A stretch of DNA of 64,000 bases, from positions 174,116 to 238,115 of the forward strand of contig CAKTEE010000001.1 in NCBI GenBank assembly GCA_934546985.1. The letters run 5' to 3'. Below are positions 19,485-30,224 of this stretch, piece by piece. Position numbers and translations under genes: made by a program. The notes under the pieces were generated by a model, which did no database searches, was not told the origin of the DNA, and saw nothing but the letters and a program-made list of their open reading frames with translations. Position 1 is the stretch's first letter, and the number at the start of each line of letters is the position of its first letter. The DNA is from an uncultured Eubacteriales bacterium (GTDB lineage Bacteria; Bacillota; Clostridia; Oscillospirales; Acutalibacteraceae).

Positions 19485-21635
19485 TTAGGCAATGCCGAAA
19501 AGCCTTGCGGCAGATGTCACAATAAAACAGGTTATGATGCCGAAAACAGTCGGAACTAAAAAGGAAACTGCCGTCCATTTCCAGCTTCCGGTTTCTTTTT
19601 TGATCGTCATGCAGGTGGTAGAACAAGGCCAGTGCATCAAAGAAAAAAGCATGGTGCATATTGCCGTCAGCCAGGTCCAGCCATTATCCACCAAAAGGTT
19701 TTTTAATTCCAGCAGATTATCCATTTCAATAATATTACCTGTAGCAAGGTAGGACATGATGATAATCGGCACAACAATTTCATTTGCGGGTAGCCCGAGA
19801 ATAAAGGCCATTAAAATAACACCGTCAAGCCCAAGGAGTTTTGCGAATGGATCGAGGAAATTTGTGCAGTGGGATAATACGCTTACATCACCAATATGGA
19901 TATTGGCAAACAGCCAGATTACAATGCCTGCTGGGGCGGCGACCACAATGGCACGGCCCAGCACAAATAAGGTGCGGTCAAAAATAGAGCGTACAATTAC
20001 TTTTAAGACCTGAGGGCGGCGATATGGCGGGAGTTCCAGCGCAAAAGAAGAAGGTATGCCCTTTAAAATAGTTTTAGAGAGTATTTTTGAAGTAAAAAAA
20101 GTCATAAATATGCCGAATAAAATAACGCATGTCAATAACAGGGCAGACAGAATAGAATCAAAGGGTGCCGTAACAGAGCCGACAAAGAACATGGTGATAA
20201 TTGCAATCAGTGTGGGAAACCTGCCGTTGCAGGGAACAAAATTATTTGTAATAATGGCAATCAAGCGCTCACGGGGCGAATCTATAATACGGCAGCCTGT
20301 AACGCCTGCGGCATTACAACCGAAACCCATACACATAGTCAGTGCCTGTTTCCCGCAGGTGCAGGCCTTTTTAAAGTATTTATCCAAATTAAAAGCTACA
20401 CGGGGCAAATAACCGAAATCTTCTAACAATGTAAACAGCGGGAAGAAAATTGCCATGGGGGGAAGCATAACGGAAACGACCCATGCAAGGACGCGGTACA
20501 TTCCGTCGATTAATACGCCTGTCAGCCAGGCAGGAGCGTTCATCCACTGAAAGAATTCTTTTAACTGATCGGAGAACCAGAACAGAGCATCAGATAACAG
20601 TTGCGACGGATAGTTTGCACCTGTTATCGTCAGCCAGAATATAATGGCTAAAAGAATCAGCATAACGGGAATGCCGGTCCATTTGCTGGTAAAAATTTTG
20701 TCTAACATACGGTCGCGGTCGTTGTAAGAACGTTTGCCGAAAGAAATACATTCTTTGCAAATTTCTTCTGACTTTAATACGATGCAGGATACGGTGATAT
20801 CTTTGAGTTCCTCCAAGGAAATATTATCGTTGGCGAGGCCGGCACGCGCCTCTTCGATTTTTGCAGAAAGCTCCTGATCTTCTGTAAGAGGCAAATCTAA
20901 AAATTTTTCAATGGAAGCATGAAGGTTTTCATCATCGTCAATCAGCTTCAGGGCAACCCATTGCGTATTCACCTTTTGGTTCTGTATTCGTTCTTGAATG
21001 CTGGGTTCAACTATGCCGATTGCTTTCATTACTGGTTCAGAATAAGTGATTTTTATTGGTTCGCTGGATACGGAACTGCAAACTTCATTAACTTGATCCA
21101 TCATTTCCGAAATGCCTTTTTTACTGCGTGCACTTGCTCCGACAACAGGAACACCCAACATTTTCGACAGTTTGTCAAAATCAACGTGAATTTTTTTCTT
21201 TTTTGCTTCATCCATCAAATTGATACAAACAACAGCTTTTTCTGTAATCTCCAATGTTTGTAAAACCAGATTCATGTTTTTTTCAAGGCATGAAGCATCA
21301 CATACAACGATGGTTGCATCAGGTTCGCCAAAACAGATGAAATCACGTGCAACCTCTTCTTCTGCGGAATGTGCCATTAAAGAATAGGTGCCCGGCAAAT
21401 CTACCAATATGTAACTGATACCTTTGTGAATACATCTTCCCTGTGCAGTGGCGACGGTTTTCCCAGGCCAGTTTCCAGTATGTTGTTTCATTCCTGTCAA
21501 CTCATTGAAAACAGTGCTTTTACCTACATTCGGGTTTCCGGCTAAAGCAATTACGCGGTCAGACGGAGATTTTTTTTCTATTTGAAAGGTGTTTTGGTTA
21601 TCCTTTGTTTCTGTTGCATCGTTATGAATTTCCAA
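19485..21635 (-). CDS. feoB: Ferrous iron transporter FeoB
   Basis: G-domain AGNPNVGKSTVFNELTG plus a large polytopic membrane domain. 716 aa. Probable TTG start. Confidence 0.9.
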   Translation of the reverse strand: MEIHNDATETKDNQNTFQIEKKSPSDRVIALAGNPNVGKSTVFNELTGMKQHTGNWPGKTVATAQGRCIHKGISYILVDLPGTYSLMAHSAEEEVARDFICFGEPDATIVVCDASCLEKNMNLVLQTLEITEKAVVCINLMDEAKKKKIHVDFDKLSKMLGVPVVGASARSKKGISEMMDQVNEVCSSVSSEPIKITYSEPVMKAIGIVEPSIQERIQNQKVNTQWVALKLIDDDENLHASIEKFLDLPLTEDQELSAKIEEARAGLANDNISLEELKDITVSCIVLKSEEICKECISFGKRSYNDRDRMLDKIFTSKWTGIPVMLILLAIIFWLTITGANYPSQLLSDALFWFSDQLKEFFQWMNAPAWLTGVLIDGMYRVLAWVVSVMLPPMAIFFPLFTLLEDFGYLPRVAFNLDKYFKKACTCGKQALTMCMGFGCNAAGVTGCRIIDSPRERLIAIITNNFVPCNGRFPTLIAIITMFFVGSVTAPFDSILSALLLTCVILFGIFMTFFTSKILSKTILKGIPSSFALELPPYRRPQVLKVIVRSIFDRTLFVLGRAIVVAAPAGIVIWLFANIHIGDVSVLSHCTNFLDPFAKLLGLDGVILMAFILGLPANEIVVPIIIMSYLATGNIIEMDNLLELKNLLVDNGWTWLTAICTMLFSLMHWPCSTTCMTIKKETGSWKWTAVSFLVPTVFGIITCFIVTSAARLFGIA

Positions 21636-21675
21636 ATCTGCTCATCCTTTCTCCTTCATGGTAATGATATTATTT

Positions 21676-21719
21676 ATGATAAAACAAGGCAGATATATGT
21701 TTGTTCATATACCTGCCTT
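21676..21719 (-). terminator. Hairpin with a T-tract in the feoA-feoB intergenic gap (minus-strand sense)
   Basis: AAGGCAG...CTGCCTT stem. Minus-strand RNA continues GUUUUAUCAU. Possible intra-operon attenuator. Confidence 0.4.
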
Positions 21720-21772
21720 GGCATAATTGCTCTGATTTAGAATAGGCAAAATGAGAAAATATCCGTATCGGA

Positions 21773-22021
21773 TTAAGATATCAATGGATTCTCAACGATA
21801 ATCTGAGATGAATCTTCGCTTCTAAGGGCAATAACAGAGCCGCGGATTAAATAGGCAACTGGATCACCGGCAGGGCTGGATTGCAAGCATTTTACCGGTG
21901 TCCCTTCGATTAAACCAATATCTAACAGCCGCCGGCGCATACTTCCGGTAGAAAGCAGTTTTTTTACTTTAGCAGTACAACCATTTGAAACACAATTCAA
22001 GGTTGAAACGTTTTCATCCAC
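21773..22021 (-). CDS. feoA: FeoA-family protein
   Basis: 82 aa SH3-like FeoA (KVKKLLSTGSMRRRLLDIGLIEGTPVK). GTG start with GGGAGG 8 nt upstream. Confidence 0.8.
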   Translation of the reverse strand: MDENVSTLNCVSNGCTAKVKKLLSTGSMRRRLLDIGLIEGTPVKCLQSSPAGDPVAYLIRGSVIALRSEDSSQIIVENPLIS

Positions 22022-22359
22022 AAATGAAGCCTCCCGTAAACACTAATCCCATGCATGTATTTTGGAATTTAGATTATGATGTTATGGGGAAATAGTATCC
22101 CCTAACCTACTCTATGCAGGAGGTAAGAAAAAGGTTGGGAAATATGGACAAGGCGCTGAAAGATTTATGGGGAAAGATGTACTCGAAAAATGCCGGACAT
22201 TACCTGATTCCTGATAAATCATATGCAAAAACTGTTTTTTTGAGAACAAACAAATAATTTCGATGATAATGTATCTGTGACATTAAATTGTGGAATAGCG
22301 CGCTTTTTTATCGAATAAACTTGGTTAAAGGCAGCAGTTGCTGAAAGGGGAGTGATTTT

Positions 22360-23505
22360 ATGTCTCTAAAAACCGGCGCGTCACAACATATAAAAAATGG
22401 AGAGAACAGGCTGGTGATACCCGCAGATTTTCCATTTTCCTCTCTCAAATGGTCAGATACAGTGAAAGTTAATGTATTAGACCTTGAAAAATGTGCAGTA
22501 GGAAGGCTGAATAATACGTCAGGCGAAGTATCTCCGGATAAGACTTATTTTGTTTCTGATTGGATTCCTGCGGAAAAAGGAATTAGTTTTACCTATCCGG
22601 CTGGTGAAGATCGCTGTGTTTGCTGTTATGATGCTTCGCAGAAATTTATTTCCGGAGATTTAGATGCTGGGTGGACAGGACAGGTGACGAAGGCTGTTTC
22701 CGGAAGAAATACTGCTTATCTGAGGATATCCTATAAAACTGCAAGCTTTGATGTATGGAATCCAATGATTTGCGCAGGGAAAGAATATTACAGTGAATAC
22801 GTCCGGCCTGGGGTTACGATCCCGTGGCTGGAGCATAATCCGTTAAAAGGAAAATCCATGGGCGTCCTTGGTGATAGTATCTGTGCACTGCATAAATCAT
22901 ATATCAATGCGGTTGCATATCAGAATAATATGGATTATATCCGCTGGGGAAATAACGATGGTATCAGTGATAATCAATCGGTTTGGGGCTCGCCAATCAC
23001 ACCGCATACGATACCGGGGGAGCCGGAATCTTTTCTAAAGCGGTTTGAGTCATTGATTCAGCAGGGCGGTGCGTGGGAGAAAAAAGGGTATCAGTATTTG
23101 ATAATTCACGGTGGTACAAATGATGCTCGATTGAATATCCCATTGGGGACAATGACGCAAGAGCAGGATTTTTCAGGTGATTTGGATACTTTTACTTACT
23201 ATGGCGCACTGGAAAGCCTGTTCCGGCAGGCGCAGAAAAAATTTATCGGCTGTAAAATTGTTTTTGTTACCACGTATAAAATACAGCATTTGCAAAATTT
23301 GGTTGAGTATATGCAGGCGGCAAAACGTGTTTGTTTGAAATACAGTGTGCCGGTTCTTGATTTTTTCAATCTTTCCGGTTTAAATATGGGGCTTGCTGAT
23401 GTTTGGCAGACTTATTGGAGTGATAATACACATTTAAATGAATGGGGACATCTGTATCTTGTTCCGGCCGCTCAAGCATTTTTAAAAAATTACGGTGCTT
23501 TTTAG
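22360..23505 (+). CDS. SGNH/GDSL-family hydrolase with an unassigned N-terminal domain of about 150 aa
   Basis: GVLGDSICALH (GDS block I), GGTNDA (block III) and DNTHLNEWGH (block V). No signal peptide. Confidence 0.75.
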   Translation: MSLKTGASQHIKNGENRLVIPADFPFSSLKWSDTVKVNVLDLEKCAVGRLNNTSGEVSPDKTYFVSDWIPAEKGISFTYPAGEDRCVCCYDASQKFISGDLDAGWTGQVTKAVSGRNTAYLRISYKTASFDVWNPMICAGKEYYSEYVRPGVTIPWLEHNPLKGKSMGVLGDSICALHKSYINAVAYQNNMDYIRWGNNDGISDNQSVWGSPITPHTIPGEPESFLKRFESLIQQGGAWEKKGYQYLIIHGGTNDARLNIPLGTMTQEQDFSGDLDTFTYYGALESLFRQAQKKFIGCKIVFVTTYKIQHLQNLVEYMQAAKRVCLKYSVPVLDFFNLSGLNMGLADVWQTYWSDNTHLNEWGHLYLVPAAQAFLKNYGAF

Positions 23506-23513
23506 GCTAAATA

Positions 23514-23545
23514 AAAGGGATGGGTTTTACAATCCATCCCTTTCT
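23514..23545 (+). terminator. Intrinsic terminator after the SGNH hydrolase gene
   Basis: AAAGGGATGGG-ttttacaa-TCCATCCCTTT followed by TCTCT. Confidence 0.65.
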
Positions 23546-23583
23546 CTAATATTGCGGTTTTTAGTGTTACCGCTAAAATTTTA

Positions 23584-23633
23584 AAGGGGTTGTCTCAGCG
23601 CGGCTTTTTTATCCACGTTGAGACAACCCCTTT
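23584..23633 (-). terminator. Terminator of rpmB (minus strand)
   Basis: 15-bp stem AAAGGGGTTGTCTCA/TGAGACAACCCCTTT, followed on the minus strand by UUAAAAUUUU. Confidence 0.6.
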
Positions 23634-23649
23634 GATTATCAATGACAAA

Positions 23650-23838
23650 TTAAACGGCACGCGTAACCTTGCCAGAACGAAGGCAGCGAGTGCATGCGTA
23701 GATTCTGCGGTTAGAACCGTTAACGACAGCTTTTACACGTTTAATGTTTGGTTTCCAGGTTCTGTTGGAACGGCGGTGGGAGTGGGAAACCTGAATTCCA
23801 AAAGCAACGTCTTTGCCACAAATTTCACATTTAGCCAT
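23650..23838 (-). CDS. rpmB: 50S ribosomal protein L28
   Basis: MAKCEICGKDVAFGIQVSHSHRRSNRTWKPNIKRVKAVVNG...CTRCLRSGKV. Near-canonical L28 sequence. Confidence 0.9.
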   Translation of the reverse strand: MAKCEICGKDVAFGIQVSHSHRRSNRTWKPNIKRVKAVVNGSNRRIYACTRCLRSGKVTRAV

Positions 23839-23955
23839 GAGTCCGTACCTCCTTTTGCGTGCAACAATAGATATAACAGAACTATTCTATCAGTTTTATA
23901 TTGGAAATGCAAGTGTTATTTTCGCTTTTTTTCAGGAAAATTCCTGCGCTGATAT

Positions 23956-23969
23956 CGAAAATTTGTTCT
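23956..23969 (+). promoter_or_regulatory. Candidate LexA (Cheo-type) box upstream of recA
   Basis: CGAAAATTTGTTCT matches Firmicutes CGAACnnnnGTTCG at about 12 of 14 positions. It lies about 100 bp upstream of the recA start. Confidence 0.35.
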
Positions 23970-24066
23970 TTTTTAGGGATATGACGAGAAAGTTTGTTGC
24001 TTTTGCCCTGCGTATATTATATAATACTTTCATAGCTTAATGCAAGTGCAGATGGAGGTTTCAGCC

Positions 24067-25215
24067 ATGGATGATAGAAGAAACGATAAATCAGCGGATA
24101 AGAAAAAGGCGCTGGAGCTGGCGTTAGGCCAGATTGAAAAACAATATGGAAAAGGTGCTGTTATGCGCCTTGGGCAAAAAAATACCCTAAATGTAGAAGC
24201 AGTTTCTACTGGTTCGCTTTCACTGGATATTGCTACAGGTATCGGCGGGCTTCCTCGCGGCAGGATTATAGAAATTTACGGACCGGAATCCTCTGGTAAA
24301 ACAACTCTGGCTTTGCAGGTAATTGCAGAGGTGCAGAAAAAAGGCGGAGAAGCGGCATTTGTTGATGCTGAACATGCCCTTGACCCGGAATATGCCGCCA
24401 ATCTTGGCGTTGATGTGGATTCCCTGTTGGTAGCACAGCCGGATAACGGTGAACAGGCGCTGGAAATTACAGAAACACTGGCGCGTTCCGGTGCAATAGA
24501 GGTTGTGGTTATCGACTCTGTTGCGGCGTTAGTTCCCCGTGCTGAAATTGAAGGTGAAATGGGAGATGCGCACGTTGGTTTGCAGGCAAGGCTGATGTCA
24601 CAGGCTCTGCGTAAAATTGCCGGATGCGTATCAAAATCAAACTGCATTGTTATTTTTATCAATCAGCTCCGTTTAAAAGTTGGCGTAATGTACGGAAATC
24701 CGGAAACCACCACCGGCGGTAATGCGCTGAAATTCTACGCTTCTATCCGCATTGATGTGCGCCGTATTGAACAGCTGAAAAACGGTACGGAACTGATTGG
24801 TTCCCGTACCCGTGCAAAGATTGTGAAAAACAAAGTTGCACCGCCGTTTAAAGAGGCAGAGTTTGATATTATGTACGGAAAAGGAATTTCCCGTGAAGGC
24901 GAAATTCTGGATATGGGCGTGAAATTAGATATTGTCCAGAAATCCGGTGCATGGTTCTCTTACGGGGAAACCCGTTTAGGGCAGGGACGTGATAATTCCA
25001 AGGAATTTTTAGCGAATAATCCGGAAATTATGCAGGAAATAGAAACGAAAGTGCGTGAGGCAATGGCCAAAAGGGCAAAAGAAGCCCGTGCGAATAGTCG
25101 CCCTGTTGCACAGCCGACTGCCGCTGTATCTGTACAGCCTGTGAAGGCTGAGGTGAAGCCCGCTAAAAATAGTGCGGCACGTGCAAAAATAGATATTACT
25201 GTGGATGACGAATAA
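24067..25215 (+). CDS. recA: Recombinase RecA
   Basis: Walker [13 protein letters not shown] and the RecA core. Start at MDDRRN with GGAGGT 7 nt upstream. Confidence 0.9.
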   Translation: MDDRRNDKSADKKKALELALGQIEKQYGKGAVMRLGQKNTLNVEAVSTGSLSLDIATGIGGLPRGRIIEIYGPESSGKTTLALQVIAEVQKKGGEAAFVDAEHALDPEYAANLGVDVDSLLVAQPDNGEQALEITETLARSGAIEVVVIDSVAALVPRAEIEGEMGDAHVGLQARLMSQALRKIAGCVSKSNCIVIFINQLRLKVGVMYGNPETTTGGNALKFYASIRIDVRRIEQLKNGTELIGSRTRAKIVKNKVAPPFKEAEFDIMYGKGISREGEILDMGVKLDIVQKSGAWFSYGETRLGQGRDNSKEFLANNPEIMQEIETKVREAMAKRAKEARANSRPVAQPTAAVSVQPVKAEVKPAKNSAARAKIDITVDDE

Positions 25216-25847
25216 TGCGTATTACAAAAGCCGCCGTAACAAAAAAACACAGGGTTTATTTATACGGTGATATGCAGGAAACGATTGCGGTCTTGGAGGA
25301 AGAGCCATGGCTGTCCTCCGGTTTGCATGAGGGTGATGAGATTGCTGAAGGTGTACTTTTAGAACTTCAGAAGGAATCGGATTTATTTCTGGCAAAACGC
25401 AAAGCGCTGGATTACTTGTCTCGCCGTTCTTACTGTAAACGGGAGCTGGAGCAAAAGCTCCAGCGCATTGCGGGAGCACAGGCATCGGCCAGTGCGGTTG
25501 CGCGTATGTGTGAACTGGGGTTAGTTAACGACGAAAAATATGCGAAAGACCATGCCATATATTTAATGGAATATAAAAAAATGGCGCCCCGGGCAATTCG
25601 CTGTGCATTGCAGGCGAAGGGAATTGACAGGGAACTTGCGGTGAGGACAGCAGAAAGCCTTGAAACTGAAATGGACCCGCGGGTGCAAATCTCAGCCCTT
25701 CTGCATAGAAAATATATGCGTGATTTGCAGACGGAAAAAGGTACGCGGCGCGCTGTTAATGGAATGCTCCGCCTGGGTTATGAATATGATGATATAAAAG
25801 CCGTTCTGCAGGAGTTACTGCGGGAATTTGACGGCGAGGAAATATAA
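25215..25847 (+). CDS. recX: RecA regulator RecX
   Basis: 210 aa three-repeat helical RecX (ALDYLSRRSYCKRELEQKL). Confidence 0.85.
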   Translation: MRITKAAVTKKHRVYLYGDMQETIAVLEEEPWLSSGLHEGDEIAEGVLLELQKESDLFLAKRKALDYLSRRSYCKRELEQKLQRIAGAQASASAVARMCELGLVNDEKYAKDHAIYLMEYKKMAPRAIRCALQAKGIDRELAVRTAESLETEMDPRVQISALLHRKYMRDLQTEKGTRRAVNGMLRLGYEYDDIKAVLQELLREFDGEEI

Positions 25848-25861
25848 GAGGAATGATGTAG

Positions 25862-27208
25862 GTGTCTTTTAAAGTAGGAATGGTTTCGCTTGGCTGTGCC
25901 AAAAATCAGGTTGACGCTGAGCTGATGCTTGCGAAACTCAGAGAAGCAGGTTTTACCATTACGCCGGAAACAGCGGATGTTGATATTGTGATTGTGAATA
26001 CCTGCGGTTTTATTGAGGATGCAAAAAAGGAAGCCATAGAAAACATATTGGAATTTGCCCAGTTAAAAAAGGAAGGGCGCATCAAGGCGATTATCATTAC
26101 GGGCTGTCTTGCAGAACGGTACCGTGAGCAGGTAGCAGAAGAATTTCCGGAAGCCGACGTAGTTCTCGGTATTGGTGCGAATGCGGATATTGCCGCCGTT
26201 TGCCGCCGGATTATGGAGGAAGGAAAGGCAGAATGTTCTTTTCCGGATAAGAACCAGCTTCCGTTAAATGGAAACCGTATCCTGACAACGCCGGTCTATT
26301 GGGCTTATTTAAAAATTGCAGACGGTTGTGATAATTGCTGTACTTACTGTACAATACCGTTGATACGCGGCCATTTTCGCAGCCGGACCATGGAAGATAT
26401 TGTATCTGAAGCGCAGTGGCTGGCATCTCACGGCACAAAAGAAGTGGTAGTGATTGCGCAGGATACCACCCGTTATGGGGAAGATATTTACGGTAAACTG
26501 ATGCTTCCGGAGTTGTTAAACCGACTGTGCGGTATTGACGGTTTGGAATGGATTCGTTTGATGTATTGCTATCCTGACCGTGTTACAGATGAACTTTTAA
26601 ATACCATTGCCGCACAGTCCAAAATATTGCCCTATATTGATATTCCCCTTCAGCATGCGGACAGGAAAATACTCAAAGCAATGAACCGCAGAGGCAGCAG
26701 GGAAGAATTATCCGCGTTGATTCAAAAGATACGTGCTAAATTGCCGAATGTTGTTTTGCGTACAACGTTTATTACCGGTTTTCCGGGTGAGGGAGAAGAA
26801 GAATTTACTTCTCTTGCGGAATTTGTGAAGGATGTCAGGTTTGGACGTTTGGGCTGTTTTGCCTATTCCCGTGAAGAGGATACCAAAGCCGCGGAAATGG
26901 ATGAGCAGGTTCCGGAAGAAATCAAACTGCGCCGGCAGGAGATTATTATGACGGAGCAGTACCGGATTATGGAAGAAATCAATCAGTCCTGTATTGGCAA
27001 AAAGCTGAGAGTGCTGGTAGAAGGCTATGATGGTTTTATCAAATGTTATTTTGGCCGTTCTTATATGGATGCGCCGGAAGTAGACGGCAAGATCTTCTTT
27101 TCTGCGCCGGATCAAAAATTTCAGGCAGGGGATTTTGCACAGGTAATGGTTACAGACGTGATGGAATATGATTTGCTTGGAGAAGCGATTGAGCAGGCGG
27201 GTGAATAG
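25862..27208 (+). CDS. rimO: Ribosomal protein S12 methylthiotransferase RimO (radical SAM MTTase with C-terminal TRAM)
   Basis: KVGMVSLGCAKNQVDAE N-terminal MTTase signature. CxxxCxxC radical-SAM motif (CDNCCTYC). TRAM domain. Confidence 0.8.
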   Translation: MSFKVGMVSLGCAKNQVDAELMLAKLREAGFTITPETADVDIVIVNTCGFIEDAKKEAIENILEFAQLKKEGRIKAIIITGCLAERYREQVAEEFPEADVVLGIGANADIAAVCRRIMEEGKAECSFPDKNQLPLNGNRILTTPVYWAYLKIADGCDNCCTYCTIPLIRGHFRSRTMEDIVSEAQWLASHGTKEVVVIAQDTTRYGEDIYGKLMLPELLNRLCGIDGLEWIRLMYCYPDRVTDELLNTIAAQSKILPYIDIPLQHADRKILKAMNRRGSREELSALIQKIRAKLPNVVLRTTFITGFPGEGEEEFTSLAEFVKDVRFGRLGCFAYSREEDTKAAEMDEQVPEEIKLRRQEIIMTEQYRIMEEINQSCIGKKLRVLVEGYDGFIKCYFGRSYMDAPEVDGKIFFSAPDQKFQAGDFAQVMVTDVMEYDLLGEAIEQAGE

Positions 27209-27209
27209 G

Positions 27210-27776
27210 ATGAATACACCTAATAAATTAACAGTTGCACGCATGATAATGACTCCGGTGTTTCTTGCAGTTTTGCTTTTGCAGTTTTTGCCGCACCGCT
27301 ATCTGATTGCCTGTATAATTTTTATTATTGCATCGCTGACGGATCTGGTGGATGGAAAGCTTGCCAGAAAAAATAATCAGGTAACTACTTTTGGAAAATT
27401 TTTGGATCCGATAGCAGATAAAATTTTGGTAATTGCCGCAATTCTGTATTTTTTAAAAATGGGTATCTCAGACGTATGGGTGCCAATGTTAATTCTTACA
27501 AGGGAGTTTATTGTTACTTCTGTTCGCCTTGTTGCCAGCGGCAGCGGGAAGGTGATTGCGGCAAGCTTTTGGGGGAAAGCAAAAACAGTCAGCCAGATGG
27601 CGGCGATTATTATTATTCTGCTGTTGCAGGAGGCGGCGCAGTATGCGTTTTTGCCGGCTATGTTTCCGTTAGGGCTTCTCTGTGAGGTTTTGTTGTGGAT
27701 TAGTACAGTGTTAACTGTTATTTCCGGTATTCAATATGTTTGGAATTATAGGGAATATATTAACACAACAAAATAA
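27210..27776 (+). CDS. pgsA: CDP-diacylglycerol--glycerol-3-phosphate 3-phosphatidyltransferase
   Basis: CDP-alcohol phosphatidyltransferase motif DLVDGKLARKNNQVTTFGKFLDPIADK. Start at MNTPNKL. Confidence 0.85.
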   Translation: MNTPNKLTVARMIMTPVFLAVLLLQFLPHRYLIACIIFIIASLTDLVDGKLARKNNQVTTFGKFLDPIADKILVIAAILYFLKMGISDVWVPMLILTREFIVTSVRLVASGSGKVIAASFWGKAKTVSQMAAIIIILLLQEAAQYAFLPAMFPLGLLCEVLLWISTVLTVISGIQYVWNYREYINTTK

Positions 27777-27814
27777 CAGGTGCAATTTGAGCTGTTTTGT
27801 AGTATAATGAATTA

Positions 27815-28068
27815 CAGCAGGAATCGAGTCAAATGCGTTTATCGGGAAAAGTAACCGGATACCGTTAATCTCAGAGAGAAGGCGCTGTGGCTGGAAACGC
27901 CTTCGGTTAACGCCGCGTGAACATGCACCCGTCAGCACATGCGTTGAAAATTATAGTAGCCGCATGCGGTTTCGGCACCGTTATCCGCCGTTTGAGTAAT
28001 AAACCGAAGTGGAACCGCGGGTTTCTCCGCCTTCGTCGTATTTTTGATACGATGGGGGCGTTTTTTGT
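27815..28068 (+). promoter_or_regulatory. T-box leader (Cys specifier UGC likely) with terminator, upstream of cysE-cysS
   Basis: AGAGA box and the T-box motif AAGTGGAACCGCGGG. Terminator CGCCTTCGTCGTA...TACGATGGGGGCG plus TTTTTT. A TGC codon sits in the candidate specifier loop. Confidence 0.75.
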
Positions 28069-28126
28069 GCCTGCTGTGTGTTGAATTTTAATTGAAATTT
28101 GATAGAATAAGGGGGGAAGAAATAAA

Positions 28127-28765
28127 TTGTTCGCAAAAATACGCGAAGATATTAACAGCGTACGTGAGCGCGACCCTGCGGCAAGATCAGCGCTGGAAAT
28201 ATTTTTCCTTTATCCGGGGTTGAAAGCAATCCGTATGTACCGGCGTGCCCATTGGTGTTATCATCATCGTTTATTCTTTTTGGCACGGATGATTTCCCAG
28301 CGTGCGGTACGCAAAACCGGAATAGAAATTCATCCTGCGGCAAAAATAGGAAAAAGGTTTTTTATTGACCATGGAACTGGTGTTGTCATTGGGGAAACCA
28401 CGGAAATCGGTGATGATGTTACCATATATCAGGGTGTAACTTTGGGCGGTACCGGCAAGGATACCGGCAAAAGGCATCCTACGATCGGCAATAATGTTAT
28501 GATTGGCGCAGGTGCAAAAGTGTTAGGCCCTTTTAAAGTAGGGGATAATGTAAATATTGCCGCAGGTGCGGTGGTTTTGGAAGAAGTGCCTTCCAACAGT
28601 ACGGCTGTGGGGGTTCCTGCCCGCGTTGTAAAACGTGATGGGCGCAGAGTTATTTGTGATTTAGATCAGGTGCATATTCCAGATCCGGTTTCACAGGAAC
28701 TTTGCAGGCTGTCTTATGAAATAGAGAAATTAAAAAAGCATATCGCAGAAATGGAGAAACAGTAA
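28127..28765 (+). CDS. cysE: Serine O-acetyltransferase
   Basis: [20 protein letters not shown]-terminus plus hexapeptide repeats. TTG start with AGGGGGGAAG SD. Confidence 0.9.
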   Translation: MFAKIREDINSVRERDPAARSALEIFFLYPGLKAIRMYRRAHWCYHHRLFFLARMISQRAVRKTGIEIHPAAKIGKRFFIDHGTGVVIGETTEIGDDVTIYQGVTLGGTGKDTGKRHPTIGNNVMIGAGAKVLGPFKVGDNVNIAAGAVVLEEVPSNSTAVGVPARVVKRDGRRVICDLDQVHIPDPVSQELCRLSYEIEKLKKHIAEMEKQ

Positions 28766-28766
28766 C

Positions 28767-30158
28767 ATGAAGCTATTCAATACCCTGACAAGGTGCAAGG
28801 AAGACTTTGTACCGCTGGATGAAAAAGAAATTAAAATTTATGCTTGCGGTCCAACTGTTTATAATTTGATTCATATTGGTAATGCGCGTCCGCTTTGCGT
28901 GTTTGACGTTTTACGCAGGTATTTAGAATATAAAGGTTATAATGTCCGCTTCGTCCAGAACTTTACGGATATCGACGATAAGATTATTCGCAGGGGCTTG
29001 GAAGAAGGGCTGAACTACGCGGAAGTATCTGAAAAATATATCGCAGAATTTTGGAAGGACGCTAAGGGGATGAACGTGCGTGAGGCAACGATTCATCCTA
29101 AGGCAACGGAAAATATTGACCAGATTATTAATATCATTTCTGTTCTGGTCGAAAAAGGCTTTGCTTATCCGAGCGGAGGGGACGTATATTTCCGTACAAA
29201 GAAATTTAAAGAGTACGGAAAACTTTCTCATCAGCCGTTGGAGGATTTGGAGGCAGGGGCCCGTATTGATGTCAGTGAGCAGAAAGAGGACCCAATGGAC
29301 TTTGCGCTTTGGAAAGGCGCTAAAGAAGGGGAGCCGTATTGGGAATCTCCTTGGGGCAACGGCAGGCCGGGCTGGCATATTGAATGCTCGGCAATGGCAC
29401 GGCGTTATCTTGGTGAAACGATTGATATCCATTGCGGTGGGCAGGATTTAATTTTTCCGCACCATGAAAATGAGATTGCGCAAAGCGAATGCTGTAATGG
29501 TAAACCTTTTGCACGTTATTGGTTGCATAATGGTTTTATTAATGTAGATAACACTAAAATGTCAAAATCACTGGGCAACTTCTTTACAGTACGTGATGTA
29601 GCGGAAAAATATGGTTATGAACCTATTCGTTTTTTGATGATTTCATCCCATTACCGTATGCCGATTAATTACAGTGTTTCTATTATTGAGCAATGCAAAT
29701 CTGCACTGGCACGTTTTTATAATTGCAGGGAGAGTTTAGATTTTGCAATTAAGAATGCGCTGGATGGTGTGCTGGACGAAACTTTAAAGGAAACTTTCGA
29801 CAGCCGCAAAACGCAATTTGAAAAGGCGTTGGAAGATGACCTGAATACGGCTGATGCAATTGCCGCATTATTTGATTTAACGCGTGATATTAATACGTGT
29901 ATCCCAAACAGCCCGAGCAAGCAAACGTTAGAATATGCCGCAAAATTATTTGATATGTTAGCGGATGTACTGGGTCTTGTTTATTTGCGTGGCGATAATA
30001 CTCTTGATGCCGAGGTTGAAAATCTCATTGCTGCAAGAGCAGAAGCGCGTGCAAATAAAAATTGGGCGGAAGCAGATAGAATACGCGACCAACTGAAGAG
30101 TATGGGCATTATTTTAAAGGATACCGCGCAGGGTGTTGAATGGCATAAAGAAGGATAG
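28767..30158 (+). CDS. cysS: Cysteine--tRNA ligase
   Basis: HIGN motif ([16 protein letters not shown]) and KMSKS (KMSKSLGN). Confidence 0.9.
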   Translation: MKLFNTLTRCKEDFVPLDEKEIKIYACGPTVYNLIHIGNARPLCVFDVLRRYLEYKGYNVRFVQNFTDIDDKIIRRGLEEGLNYAEVSEKYIAEFWKDAKGMNVREATIHPKATENIDQIINIISVLVEKGFAYPSGGDVYFRTKKFKEYGKLSHQPLEDLEAGARIDVSEQKEDPMDFALWKGAKEGEPYWESPWGNGRPGWHIECSAMARRYLGETIDIHCGGQDLIFPHHENEIAQSECCNGKPFARYWLHNGFINVDNTKMSKSLGNFFTVRDVAEKYGYEPIRFLMISSHYRMPINYSVSIIEQCKSALARFYNCRESLDFAIKNALDGVLDETLKETFDSRKTQFEKALEDDLNTADAIAALFDLTRDINTCIPNSPSKQTLEYAAKLFDMLADVLGLVYLRGDNTLDAEVENLIAARAEARANKNWAEADRIRDQLKSMGIILKDTAQGVEWHKEG

Positions 30159-30168
30159 TCAAAATAAA

Positions 30169-30224
30169 GACGTCTGAATCATTGAAAGGGAGATCTCTCG
30201 ATGATTCGGACGTTTTGTTTTTGC
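30169..30224 (+). terminator. Intrinsic terminator after cysS
   Basis: ACGTCTGAATCAT...ATGATTCGGACGT followed by TTTGTTTTTG. Confidence 0.7.
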
